Part shown: one piece after another, positions 11,884 through 24,677 of the stretch
How positions within the stretch are numbered: the stretch's first letter is position 1
Layout: every line of letters begins with the position of its first letter
NCBI RefSeq assembly: GCF_001194135.2
Contig: NC_068998.1
Coordinates: 24,917,765-24,977,371 of the forward strand
Length of the DNA: 59,607 nucleotides
Direction of reading: 5' to 3'
From: Octopus bimaculoides
Lineage: Eukaryota
Translations under genes and position numbers: made by a program
Notes under the pieces: generated by a model
What the model was told of the DNA's origin: nothing
Databases searched by the model: none
What the model saw: only the letters and a program-made list of their open reading frames with translations

Positions 11884-12813
11884 NNNNNNNNNNNNNNNNN
11901 NNNNNNNNNNNNNNNNNNNNNNNNNNNNNNNNNNNNNNNNNNNNNNNNNNNNNNNNNNNNNNNNNNNNNNNNNNNNNNNNNNNNNNNNNNNNNNNNNNNN
12001 NNNNNNNNNNNNNNNNNNNNNNNNNNNNNNNNNNNNNNNNNNNNNNNNNNNNNNNNNNNNNNNNNNNNNNNNNNNNNNNNNNNNNNNNNNNNNNNNNNNN
12101 NNNNNNNNNNNNNNNNNNNNNNNNNNNNNNNNNNNNNNNNNNNNNNNNNNNNNNNNNNNNNNNNNNNNNNNNNNNNNNNNNNNNNNNNNNNNNNNNNNNN
12201 NNNNNNNNNNNNNNNNNNNNNNNNNNNNNNNNNNNNNNNNNNNNNNNNNNNNNNNNNNNNNNNNNNNNNNNNNNNNNNNNNNNNNNNNNNNNNNNNNNNN
12301 NNNNNNNNNNNNNNNNNNNNNNNNNNNNNNNNNNNNNNNNNNNNNNNNNNNNNNNNNNNNNNNNNNNNNNNNNNNNNNNNNNNNNNNNNNNNNNNNNNNN
12401 NNNNNNNNNNNNNNNNNNNNNNNNNNNNNNNNNNNNNNNNNNNNNNNNNNNNNNNNNNNNNNNNNNNNNNNNNNNNNNNNNNNNNNNNNNNNNNNNNNNN
12501 NNNNNNNNNNNNNNNNNNNNNNNNNNNNNNNNNNNNNNNNNNNNNNNNNNNNNNNNNNNNNNNNNNNNNNNNNNNNNNNNNNNNNNNNNNNNNNNNNNNN
12601 NNNNNNNNNNNNNNNNNNNNNNNNNNNNNNNNNNNNNNNNNNNNNNNNNNNNNNNNNNNNNNNNNNNNNNNNNNNNNNNNNNNNNNNNNNNNNNNNNNNN
12701 NNNNNNNNNNNNNNNNNNNNNNNNNNNNNNNNNNNNNNNNNNNNNNNNNNNNNNNNNNNNNNNNNNNNNNNNNNNNNNNNNNNNNNNNNNNNNNNNNNNN
12801 NNNNNNNNNNNNN

Positions 12814-12859
12814 AACACAACATTTCGGCTGATATAAACTCCAGCCTCCATTAGGTGTC
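12814..12859 (-). ncRNA. Degenerate minimal type I hammerhead ribozyme, probably inactive
   Basis: Stem I GACAC/GTGTT and stem II GGCTG/CAGCC are intact. The core is CTAATGG instead of CTGANGA and GAAAT instead of GAAAC. Confidence 0.55.
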
Positions 12860-12987
12860 TTGGGGGAAATTTTGAGCCTGGGTTCTCATTCCTAGGGTAT
12901 TTTTTCGAAATTGTTTTTGTTCGTCTTATTATTATTCAGGTCACTGCCTGGAATACAACTCGGAATCTTGGGGTTAGTAAGCCGGTG
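12814..12987 (-). mobile_element. Short element: tRNA-like head, (AAT)/(AAC) linker and degenerate hammerhead ribozyme
   Basis: Head 12937-12987 matches 143-205. Downstream on the minus strand: GACAC-CTAATGG-A-GGCTG-gagtttatat-CAGCC-GAAAT-GTT-GTGTT. The element is cut off by an N gap. Confidence 0.65.
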
Positions 12988-13243
12988 TAATAAAAATATC
13001 AAATAGCAAAAAAAAAATATCAGAAATAGAAATAGAACAATTGAAAAAAAAAATACATCAGGAAAATCTAGATAGTAGCCACACAACAATGCCAAATAAT
13101 AATATAAACACTGAGATAATAAAACACAAAAATAAACGTAACATTTCCGCCAAAAACGAAGTAAACAAAAACCAACAAACCCAGACCGTAGAGATGTATG
13201 ATAATGTACAAAAAGCACCATCCAGAACACCACAGACAAACAT

Positions 13244-13545
13244 ATGAATGAAAAGGAAGTCGAAACAAATCTAAAACCTAGGAATAACGAAGGGAAACCT
13301 AATGATTATTATACTATAAGAATGAGAATAATCAAAGAACTGAAAACCACAGATCTTAGAATGGACCACAGATTATACCTCCCAAAAATCAAAATAGACA
13401 ATAAAAAATCAATAATAAATAGCATAAACGTGGCCGTCACAGAACTAACAGCCACGGAAACAACTGGCAATATCACTGAGCTAAATGACATAATAAATAA
13501 AACATCAACCGATACAAGGGTATTGATATGGAATATGGCCTGACG
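13244..13545 (+). mobile_element. R4/Dong-like ORF N-terminal remnant
   Basis: RLYLPKIKI...INSINVAV...TGNITELNDII resembles the pre-RT 'LPKl...T.nITElN.lI' block of R4/Dong-like ORFs. Confidence 0.45.
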
Positions 13546-14527
13546 TCCTATTACAGGAGAAACTAGAGAAAACTGGAAAACATCCGGGACCTGATTCAAC
13601 TCTTCGATGGAGAGGAACTCCCCGTCATGTTTCATCGCACAAGGAATAGTTGTCACACAGGAGGTGATGCCAATCACTATAAAGTTCCTATCCTAAACTT
13701 TACAAAAGGTAGGCACGGAGGCTGCCCTCGACACCGCAAATACTAAAGCAACAACAACATCGTTCATGTACAACAATTTTAGCAGCTGTGGTTGGAGAAG
13801 TAGCATCAACGGCGACAGTAACAACCACATTACAATCAGAAGCAGATACGAAAATGCAAAGAGCAGCAGCGACAAAAACAACAACGAAAAAGTAACAGAA
13901 ACCCACATGACAACGATAACACCAACAGCACGACACCAACACTAGCAACAGGATCGCCCAACCCGATGAAATATCACAACCTATTCCCTCCACACTCTGA
14001 TCATTCGGACCTGCCATGCAATAAAGACGATGAAAATGATAAATGGGGACTGCCCTGTAAGAAGTGGAGGAAATAAAAAAAAAAGGAAACTCAAATCTAC
14101 CCAAATAAATGAGCTCGGAGATTTGAAAGAGACGTGAAATAGTACAAACAATACATCAAACACCACAACAAATACAGACACAATCCAATCTAAATTTATA
14201 GCAACAGCCGCAAAGAAACATCATAAACGACACGTCCATAGGCGTAAAGAGCTAAGAATTGATGAATCACATGCATCAACACACAAACATTACACACAAC
14301 GACTTTTTCATGCTAAAAAATTACATACAAACACATGCAAATTCTAAAAGGAATACAAGACCTGACAGAATGAGATGTTTCTGGGGAAAAAAAAAATTGG
14401 AAGAACAGTTTAGAAATATTAGACATCCCGTTTCTTCGTGTTCAGGCTACCTGTGTATTTCTTTTCCTTTTCTTTTCTTTTTGCAACCATATACTGAGCT
14501 TGATACTTATAGCTATCATTTTAATAG

Positions 14528-14623
14528 CTATGAAGAATAAAATTGATGCGGGAGCTGAATGTCTTTTTTTAAATGTATTAACTGGGCAAAGTGTTACGGT
14601 GGTTGGTGTTTACAAAATTGCAG
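14528..14623 (+). CDS. Candidate internal exon (96 nt, phase 1-1; MKNKIDAGAECLFLNVLTGQSVTVVGVYKIA)
   Basis: CATTTTAATAG acceptor, stop-free frame-preserving length, AG|GTAACT donor. No homology recognised. Confidence 0.18.
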
Positions 14624-15263
14624 GTAACTGTTATTCAGTATGAACCTTAGCTATTTTCAGAAAACAAAGTTTTCAAGAAGCTGTTCATGAAAATTTCAGA
14701 AAATTATAAAGATGATTATTAAAACAGCGTATTTAAAAGATATATTACGTATTAGCTTCTATTAAATTACATTTCCCAGTATTTCTATAAAAGGATTATA
14801 GATGTTGGACTTCAGCTTTACCAATCCAATTAATTTCAAACTCAGAGTATTACTATCATAGTACTATTTCGGGTTCTATTTCTGCTTTATTGCAGTTTCT
14901 CCTAAAGCATGGCTTCAAGCTTGATTCATTTACTCTTTGTGCTTATCTTGTCCTGTATTTTTGCTTTTCTTATTCAATTTTGTCATGTTGTATCTCACTC
15001 TTATTATTTTCACAAATTAACTGATATTTTCTCTACCTCTCTTTGTCTCTTGATATATTCAGCCTTATTTCCTCTGAATAAAATGTTTTCTCCGCCTAAT
15101 CTGTTCTTTGTCTAACGTCTCTTCAACACTTTTATAATATATCCACACACATCTGTATATATATATNNNNNNNNNNNNNNNNNNNNNNNNNNNNNNNNNN
15201 NNNNNNNNNNNNNNNNNNNNNNNNNNNNNNNNNNNNNNNNNNNNNNNNNNNNNNNNNNNNNNN

Positions 15264-15304
<41 letters not shown>

Positions 15305-15724
15305 TCCTTAAGTGCAACGGCAGTATTATTTTAGAATATCAATTTGTGTATGACATTTGATATTTAATGCAGATATATCGCAGAAAGCTAAATTAACAGC
15401 TATATTTGTCTCATATAAACTAACTGTGTCAAATACCACAAACGTACATCAGTAGCAGATGGATATAGCCCAGCAGCTATGATGGTTTTGTTATATGCAC
15501 ATTTCTGTCTTTCTGGTATTTTTACGTAGCAATCATGCACCGGAATCCAATGTGATAAGATAAAATCCGTTGTTACTAATAAAGTAAATCGGTGATTGGA
15601 AAATCATTGATGTCGTAAATAGTTGGTCAGTTGAATAAAATTTCGTAATGTGCAACAGAATCACTATTAGTTAAAATAGCAATCTGTGTGTCATACTGAA
15701 TGCAGATAAAGACATACACATAAA

Positions 15725-15729
<5 letters not shown>

Positions 15730-15758
<29 letters not shown>

Positions 15759-15790
15759 CATACATACATAAATACATACATACATACACA
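15730..15790. repeat. (TACA)n microsatellite
   Basis: Seen directly. Confidence 0.9.
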
Positions 15791-16343
15791 ACCTTAGATA
15801 TGTATGTGAGTGTGCATGTATGTACATATTAGTTATCGCCCCCCCCCCCTATCTGTCACTGACTCTATATGTCAGTGGCATTAGATCCCATTTCATCTCC
15901 GTTTCTCTTTACTATAGTACCGCTTTGCTTTTCTTTTCCCCCACTCTCCTTTCTGCAGATTATCTCACTTTTCACAACTCCATTCTTCCTTATACTTCCT
16001 TATCTGCTCATCTGAGCGCTGGCTCACTTCTGAATATTGCTTTCTCTCTCTGCATACCAGCCTTTTTGCCTCCCACCAATATGTTTACACATTAAAAAGA
16101 CTTGCTCTAATCCACGTATTTCAACACTACCTCTGCTCTCTTCTTCGAGCATGACACAAGACTGGCTCCTCCCCCCAAACAAATAAGTGACTTAGGGGTT
16201 TATATATTAAACTGTTCGGCTTTTGAACAGTAAACAACGTTTTTTAAAGAAAACTAGTGAAATATATTTGTGAGTGCAGGGTAAAAGGCAAAACTAGATA
16301 TTTAAACGGACCAAAAATACTAGCAAATCGCTTCTTTTTCTTC

Positions 16344-16561
16344 ACGACATATGCTGAAAAATTCCTGGCTTTCGATTAACAAAAATACGGGAGAATCAGT
16401 AAATTATGATTTTATTCTACATATTCCCCTCCCAGAATCACTCACTTACTGCAGCGGACCTTCACTTTTCTAAGCCCTGTAAAAGAACTGGGCAGGTTGG
16501 GCCTTCAACCAAGCCTTTCGCGACAACCTTAAAGCCAGGAGCTTTTCAACAGCCCCTCGTA
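16344..16561. mobile_element. Mariner-derived MITE, ~220 bp
   Basis: Inverted termini ACGACATATGCTGAAAAATTCCTGGCTTT and AAAGCCAGGAGCTTTTCAACAGCCCCTCGTA. The interior on the minus strand resembles the extreme C-terminus of a mariner transposase. Confidence 0.75.
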
Positions 16562-19500
16562 TTGTACTCATTTCGCAGGAATCGACGTATTTGTTTTCAT
16601 ATTTTTCTCCCTGTTCTTACACATATTTGTTATCAATAGATAAATGAACTAAGTAGGACGTACCAGTAAAAATTTGAGAATCATTATGTTTGCCAATTCG
16701 ATGGTAAAATGAATCCTTATTGACACTGAAAATTACTAATGATTTTTCTAATATAAACAATCTTACGTGAATGAATAACAAGTGTTCCATGCATATCCCT
16801 TGATTCATCTTATTTTCATAGTGAAGTTAAATATTCGTGCGAAAGTGAATACCCATCCTTTACATAACATACTTCATTTTAACTAAATAATGTAGGTTTA
16901 TAAGAACTAACGAACCATTTCTTTCAGTCGGGAAAATGTGTGAAACAGTCTATCACTGAATTAGCTATGCGGATTGCCAATAAATTATAGCTATCTAGAA
17001 TTATTTCACTGAACTATATATATCAGAGAATAAGTATATCAAAATAAAATCTTACCGAACACATCTTATATCGTCTTGCTAAGACACTCACTGACTAATA
17101 ACTATTAATTCGGTCAAACGCTAAGTTTGAAATATAATTGGCCGACACGAGTATCTTTGTTAATGAGGCATATGGATCTAGAATAACAACGGAGCTGGCT
17201 ATTCCTATAAATTGTAGCATTGCCAAAGTTTAGAAGTAATAATCTCTGTTTGCCATGAGAAATGGCATTTTATGACAGATAATATCCGTTTGAATGTTCA
17301 GTTTCTAGTTGAACGCTTTTATACTTCAGAAATGACAGTGAGAAGAAATGAGAAACATATAGAGATCTAGCGAACGATTTCTTAATACAACATCAAACCT
17401 AAGTCAAATATGATCTTTTAATTATACACCAACTTAATCCATTGCCTGCTGAAAGATATATATTTTTAACTGGAACAAAAGTTCAGTGTTAGTCATCCAA
17501 CTATAATACATTACCCTAATAACTAAATGTGTGAGGAAATAAAGTTTTCTTAACCGAAGAATAATATGGCGGCAACATATATATCTTAAGGAAATATAAA
17601 TAACTTTCATAGAGTTTTTCTTAGACGAACGTCTTATTATTTTTAATGTGTACGCACCAATTGAATGTCCGAATATCTCACATAGTACGTTTATTAGTTC
17701 ATTTAACTGCAGAAAATTTTAAATAAAAAAATAACATGAAGCCGCAAAATTCTTATGAGTGTTTTATTGAATCACTAAGGAAATCTCTCCCGTTGTGAAA
17801 ATAATGAGAGTTTTGAAACGAATTAACCACTTTTGCGAAAATTTGTGGAAACTTAAAGTGATTTTTATCAATCAATAGTTGTCATGTGCTCATTATTTTT
17901 AATTGCAATTCACCCCAGCAAATGTCTGTTCAATAGAACCCTCACAGAGACTTAAATAATCATTGATAAATTGAGAACTATAATGGCATGTATTTATTAA
18001 GAAATATTTATTGCAAGAATCGAAAAGAAATTCTTGTTTAATTCTAAACATCTTTTACGTATTCAAAATTTTTAATCGCTTCACTGAATGGCCTACAATA
18101 TTGTAAAAATGGTAATTTTCTAAAATCCAATAGACCGTGGATCTCGAATATAGAAGAATTGCTACCCTAATGGGGGAAAATCATTTTTCACAAGTAATAA
18201 ACTAAGAATTTTTATAGATATTAAACTTTGTTGGGGACAACATAAATACCCGTAACCGAAAATGTTGTGAAGTTAGCTTCCAAATGAGTGAAGAAAACCG
18301 TATATAACACGATTGTCTAAATGAAGATGAACTACATGTTATTTTTGAAATTTTTCACAAATCTTTATTGGAACGATATCGGACTTACATATACATAAAA
18401 CGTTGAGTTTTGTTTTGTATTACTGGTGCTATTTATAGATTTTATTTTACTAGATTACTGAGTTATGTTTTTCTTTAATATTAAATATTCATTAGCATTA
18501 TTATGGTTTAATCAAACCCATTAAATTGAATCTCAGATGAAAAATTGAAGCTATATTAATATTCTAAGTATGAGACGTTTACACCGAGAACATTTTAGTT
18601 TCATATTATTAGATCAAAATAAACATATATAGATGGTGTTTCTAGTTATATATAGAATATGCACCGAATACGTTCATTGTAACAGAAATATGTTATTCTA
18701 TAAATGGAAATTCTACCAGTTCAGGCCCTTCATGTAATACTATAACTGGTTTGCCAAATGAGGAGAATAACCTTTTAACACCATATAGCTATTCATTTAT
18801 TTAAATGCATTTGTATTGCAAGCCTCTAATTATTCAGCAGTAGCTGTGCAGCTCATATTCAAATGCTTCCTTATCGAGCTGCAGCTGTCACTATGTGACA
18901 CTGTTAATGTCGTCCATACCCCCAAAGATGAATATGCTGGTAACAATTTCCGTTATATTCTCAGATAATAGAAATTTTAACGCAGGGTTATTAGTTAAAT
19001 TAGGCATCATTAAATGGATGTATAGTCAGTTGTTACAGTCGAAATCTGTACTTAGGCTGCATATGGCAGTGGCCAAATCAACGAGGCATAAAGGGAGTTG
19101 CACGGAAACTGTTAGAAGAAAAGCTTCACCTCAACTACATCAGTAATAGGTTAGAAAACACACATGTGTGTCAAAATTCATGTTTTCTTTTATTGGGAAA
19201 TCACATGTTCGTTGATAAGCAGAATAAAGGGAAAAGTAGAACGCTTCAGAATGCAATTTACAACACATACTTAGGACTACTTCTCTTTTACACATCTTGT
19301 CCATCTCTTATTCATCAAAGACTATAGATATCCTAAATTGCATGACCAACCTTAATTCATTAAACAAAATATTTTATGTCGTTATATGAGTGGTATGCTT
19401 TTAAGAATATTAACGAAGCGTCGTCTCCAGTCAATAGGCCTGATGCAGAAAGGGTTAACCCCACTAATTTAGCTGAATCTTTAGTCCTGAAAATTAAAGC

Positions 19501-22304
19501 TAAATTGTTATCATGTGATATGGTTAGTATTCAATAAAACGTATATCGGTTTCTTTCTCAGTTTAATTCCAAGTGGGAGAAATCGAAGTAGCATATGCTT
19601 CATTTAGTTTTATTTATTTATCTTATTTTTACTTCACACAACCTGAACTGTTATAAAAGCAATAAAGACTAGCCACACGCAAATGTTGTACTGGAAACTA
19701 TCAAAACAAAAGACCATTCTGTTTAAATAGGATTTTGTTTTGTTTTATTACAGTGTGCGGAGCCGAGTCTTAGAATACTAAAACAATAGTTGAAAAAAAA
19801 GTTAAGAATAAAAAGAAAATTCATCGATAATTGTATTTTAAATTTTTTTGTTTTTGGTTTCGAAGCTGATTCCTCTCAAATGACCCTCATAAAATTAATT
19901 AGCCATTAATATATGAAATAACAATTTAAAATCGCCGACTGTGATAATTTTGCTGGCAACTAATGGAAAGTTAGACAAGAAATCTCTGGAATAGCAGGCG
20001 ATACATGTTCATTTTTCCATTACTATCACTGTAATTCAACAGCACCTTCATAATAATTTTCACTAGCAGCCAATAATCTGCATTTTATCACCTCAAAATA
20101 TTATACTGTTGACATAAATGTAATAAAGCAAAATTTATTAAGCTTTATATTTGAAAATACAGTAGCTGTTATTATTATACCCGTCGGATAAACGTTCTTC
20201 AGTGTTTGCTACGCTGTTTACTTTGTTTCGATGCCATGCAAAATACATTTCTATTATTTGCTACAGCGAATGCAATATCAGATGTAAATGTTAAAAATAA
20301 ATAGTTTCCTTCACTGATTTCATTTTGCTGGAGGCTAGGAAAGTTTACTGTCATGGAAACGTAAAATACCGATAGCATTTCAGCCGGATTAATGCAGCGC
20401 TCTTTAAATAATAGCTGATTGAGTACAGGAAACCTGTGATGATATCCAAATTTATATCAACAATATAAGCATTGTTTCGTGAGATATCAGATAGCAGAGA
20501 ACTAACAAGTATACACTTTCACTTCCTGACCGAAAGAAATTCAATTCACACGGATCTCTAAGTATTCAGATTGGTCTCACTTATATTATTACACCAAATC
20601 GAGAAGAGCCTATCATTTAATAACGTGAGCTAATTACCAGCTCAGTTATCAAAATTAGTGAGTATAAGACATTACTATTTAGTTATATCACTATTTCTTC
20701 TAACTAATAGTTGCATTGTAAATACAGCCTTGTTCTGTTCAAACATTTCAAAATTTCATTGAATGATAAAGCCTTGGGGAATTAGGAATTAGTCTCAGGA
20801 TGAATGTAAAAGTTACGGCGTAGAAGCGAGAATATAAATAATAAAGATCACAAACTAAACTATTTATTTTCTTCTTGTTGTTCAAGACAGAATAAACTCC
20901 GTAATATTTACGAAACTATGTATAACACATAAAATGTTCGTTATTTTTATATACCTAGTATTCACCGATAGTCATTATTTTTATCCTAAGGACGCCCCAG
21001 CATTTTTAAGGCCTCTGTACCTACAAAAAAGTGTCATTATATAAAAATAGTTAACAATTCACAACCAGATTTTAAAATATTATTTTAATTTACTTCCCTG
21101 AGTAGGCAATTTAATGACGTCAGCAAAAGCATTCAGTAATATAGAACGTTCTGAAGAAAAATCGTTTTTATTTTATTATAATATTTCTCGATAATGTCTG
21201 ACATTATAGCGCTTATTTTGTCAGTAATCATTTATAAAGGTCATTTAAGACACGGTAAGGATTCCTTTTAATATTCATTCAGTGGAGTTAATTGCTTTAG
21301 AGATATATAAACAAAAGATGTCGGTTAATTGAAAATAAAATCCATGCAGTTCTCTCTGTCTCATACCTCAAGGACATTTTTCTTACAAATGTCACTCAAT
21401 AAGTAGAAAAAAAGAAACAATTTATTGTATGATAATCGTATTTAAGTCCTCAGTCCTTCACTTTGCGGATAATAATAACATGAATGAAAACCTAAATGAA
21501 ATAGTAGAAATATTTGCTATGTTTAACATTAAAACATTGAAGATTAACTGTGAAACTAAGACGCTTCATTGGCAGCCATTTACTTCAACATTAAATTTAA
21601 ATGTTGAAGTAAATTTAACGGGTTTTGTGTGTTTTTAAATGGCTTATAAACACCTTCCATACTGCAATTGTTTTTGTTTCAGCACACGATCTCGGATCAG
21701 GTCACTTGCTATGTAAGTACATCTCCGTATATATATATATATATATATATANNNNNNNNNNNNNNNNNNNNNNNNNNNNNNNNNNNNNNNNNNNNNNNNN
21801 NNNNNNNNNNNNNNNNNNNNNNNNNNNNNNNNNNNNNNNNNNNNNNNNNNNNNNNNNNNNNNNNNNNNNNNNNNNNNNNNNNNNNNNNNNNNNNNNNNNN
21901 NNNNNNNNNNNNNNNNNNNNNNNNNNNNNNNNNNNNNNNNNNNNNNNNNNNNNNNNNNNNNNNNNNNNNNNNNNNNNNNNNNNNNNNNNNNNNNNNNNNN
22001 NNNNNNNNNNNNNNNNNNNNNNNNNNNNNNNNNNNNNNNNNNNNNNNNNNNNNNNNNNNNNNNNNNNNNNNNNNNNNNNNNNNNNNNNNNNNNNNNNNNN
22101 NNNNNNNNNNNNNNNNNNNNNNNNNNNNNNNNNNNNNNNNNNNNNNNNNNNNNNNNNNNNNNNNNNNNNNNNNNNNNNNNNNNNNNNNNNNNNNNNNNNN
22201 NNNNNNNNNNNNNNNNNNNNNNNNNNNNNNNNNNNNNNNNNNNNNNNNNNNNNNNNNNNNNNNNNNNNNNNNNNNNNNNNNNNNNNNNNNNNNNNNNNNN
22301 NNNN

Positions 22305-22350
<46 letters not shown>

Positions 22351-22395
22351 TCACACACACACATTCACATTCTTTTTGGGAATAGCAGATGTCGA

Positions 22396-22439
22396 GGCTG
22401 ACATGTAAACATATGTGGGTTCGAGTCCCAGTGGCGCCA
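22396..22439 (+). pseudogene. 3' half of a tRNA-like sequence (Thr-TGT-like) or a SINE head remnant
   Basis: CATGTAAAC anticodon-loop-like sequence, strong B-box/T-arm TGGGTTCGAGTCCCA, then GTGGCGCCA. There is no 5' acceptor strand, so it is not a functional tRNA. Confidence 0.35.
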
Positions 22440-22624
22440 TTGGACTTTTTCTATCGAAAAAGGGTTTTTCAACCTATTATTTATAGCTTTATGTAAGCCC
22501 AGAGCTTCCAGCCTAGTATCGATAATCTTCAGTTGTAGAACATCCTGGTTTCACGACGATAAATCCGTTGATTCGGTTTAGCGAACAATAAAATACAATC
22601 CAAATAATAAGACAAAGAAATGCT

Positions 22625-22875
22625 TATTGTTTGTGTACCAAATCCGCTGACAACGCAAGTTTACGCCAAAATTCGAAGAGAAAATTTACGTAATAATTCC
22701 AGTTTTAGATACTATGGTGGGATTTCATCAGAATTGGCACAATGTAAGAGCGTATCCTGATGCAAGTCAGATGAAGTGTCATTCTATTGTCTAAAATCGC
22801 AAATATTACGTAATTTTTCTCTCCGAAATTTTGCGTAAACCGGCGTAGTAAGCAGAGTCGGTACAGAAACAATTG
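22625..22875. mobile_element. Foldback/MITE-like element with ~75-bp imperfect inverted arms
   Basis: ATTGTTTGTGTACC...GTTTACGCCAAAATTCGAAGAGAAAATTTACGTAATA is the reverse complement of TATTACGTAATTTTTCTCTCCGAAATTTTGCGTAAAC...GGTACAGAAACAAT. Confidence 0.7.
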
Positions 22876-22889
22876 AAACGGATCGTGTC

Positions 22890-22920
<31 letters not shown>

Positions 22921-23526
22921 NNNNNNNNNNNNNNNNNNNNNNNNNNNNNNNNNNNNNNNNNNNNNNNNNNNNNNNNNNNNNNNNNNNNNNNNNNNNNNNN
23001 NNNNNNNNNNNNNNNNNNNNNNNNNNNNNNNNNNNNNNNNNNNNNNNNNNNNNNNNNNNNNNNNNNNNNNNNNNNNNNNNNNNNNNNNNNNNNNNNNNNN
23101 NNNNNNNNNNNNNNNNNNNNNNNNNNNNNNNNNNNNNNNNNNNNNNNNNNNNNNNNNNNNNNNNNNNNNNNNNNNNNNNNNNNNNNNNNNNNNNNNNNNN
23201 NNNNNNNNNNNNNNNNNNNNNNNNNNNNNNNNNNNNNNNNNNNNNNNNNNNNNNNNNNNNNNNNNNNNNNNNNNNNNNNNNNNNNNNNNNNNNNNNNNNN
23301 NNNNNNNNNNNNNNNNNNNNNNNNNNNNNNNNNNNNNNNNNNNNNNNNNNNNNNNNNNNNNNNNNNNNNNNNNNNNNNNNNNNNNNNNNNNNNNNNNNNN
23401 NNNNNNNNNNNNNNNNNNNNNNNNNNNNNNNNNNNNNNNNNNNNNNNNNNNNNNNNNNNNNNNNNNNNNNNNNNNNNNNNNNNNNNNNNNNNNNNNNNNN
23501 NNNNNNNNNNNNNNNNNNNNNNNNNN

Positions 23527-24030
23527 CTCTCGAATCGCCGTGTTGAACATAGACTTCCGCGTTGACCGTTTGGTTCCGTTCAAGCAATTCGCAATGGATA
23601 ATTCCTTCCCAGTCCCACCATACGCACAACATCGTTTTACGCGAATGAAGGTCTTGTTTCACGCGCGGTGTCGCTTGTTTACTAGGGCCAAGCCATTCGT
23701 TACGCTGCTTCATATTGATGTACAGGCATCATTTTTCGTCGTCAGTAACGATTCGGTAAATAAATCGTTGCTTGTGTCCATGAGTTGAGCGGTGACTAGC
23801 AAGCAAACCAGCGGAGATTGTGGCTCGTTGATTTTTGTTGTTGTCACTTAAAGCAAGCGGAAACCATGCTCCATGCTTCTGAACCTCTCCCATTGGATGA
23901 AGATGCTTCTCTATAGCGGTGTAGGAGCATTCCATTTTCTCTGCCAAACTGTCGTTTGACGAGAATTTTCGTGCAAAAGTTAGTTTAATCGCTTTATATG
24001 TAGCTCAACTGGAGGCCAGAACGAAGGAAA
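23527..24030 (-). mobile_element. Mariner transposase internal fragment from a second family
   Basis: LAEKMECSYTAIEKHLH...GAWFPLALS...RIVTDDEK...RKTMLCVWWDWEGIIHCELLERNQTVNAEVY. Bounded by a gap on one side and a MITE on the other. Confidence 0.88.
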
Positions 24031-24677
24031 ATTATTGTCACTAAATGTGACTAGGGTGTTAGAAACACATACATTGCTAGAAATAAGAACTAAAATGCTC
24101 TAATGCTGTAGTTAACGCACATGAATGAAAACATATCCACAAACAGGGAACGTAATTGTTCGAAAAATGCCGACCAAGAATTCTTAAGACTGACGTCAGT
24201 TTCGGCAATTAACGGACAGTTACGGTCCCTGTTAACCAGAGCATGAGAGCATTTTAGCACTTATTTTTAGTATTTTAGGTGTTTTTAACACCCTAGTCAC
24301 ATTTAGGGACAATTGTAATTCTCCTTTTGGTGAAACATTGCAACCTTCTCTTTTCAAGGATATTGTATACACACATTACCGAATCACTAAATCATCCATT
24401 AATTTGGATGACGAAAACATATATACTAATAGAGAAACAGCTCCGGAAATAGCCGAACATGGAGCTGGTCTAATTAATGGTGGCAACGGAAATTACCGAA
24501 ACTGACATCGGTCGTAAGAATTCTCAGCCGGCATTTTTCGGTCAATTATGGTCCCTGTTAATTTATATATTTTCATTCATGTGCGTTATCAACAACAAAA
24601 GACAAGAGCATGTTAGCTCTTATTTCTAGTAATGTAGGTATTTTGTAACACCCTAATCACATTTAGTGATAATTATA
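24031..24677. mobile_element. Nested Tc1/mariner-type MITE complex with three TIR arms
   Basis: Arm A (24031-24215) is the reverse complement of arm C (24487-24677) over ~185 bp. Arm B (24225-24317) is a shorter reverse complement of A. The B and C ends read TACAATTGTCCCTAAATG and TATAATTATCACTAAATG on the minus strand. Confidence 0.75.

Noticed and set aside
13560-14200. CAA-rich coding-like region
   Set aside because: Probably a decayed retroelement, but no diagnostic motif was found to assign it.
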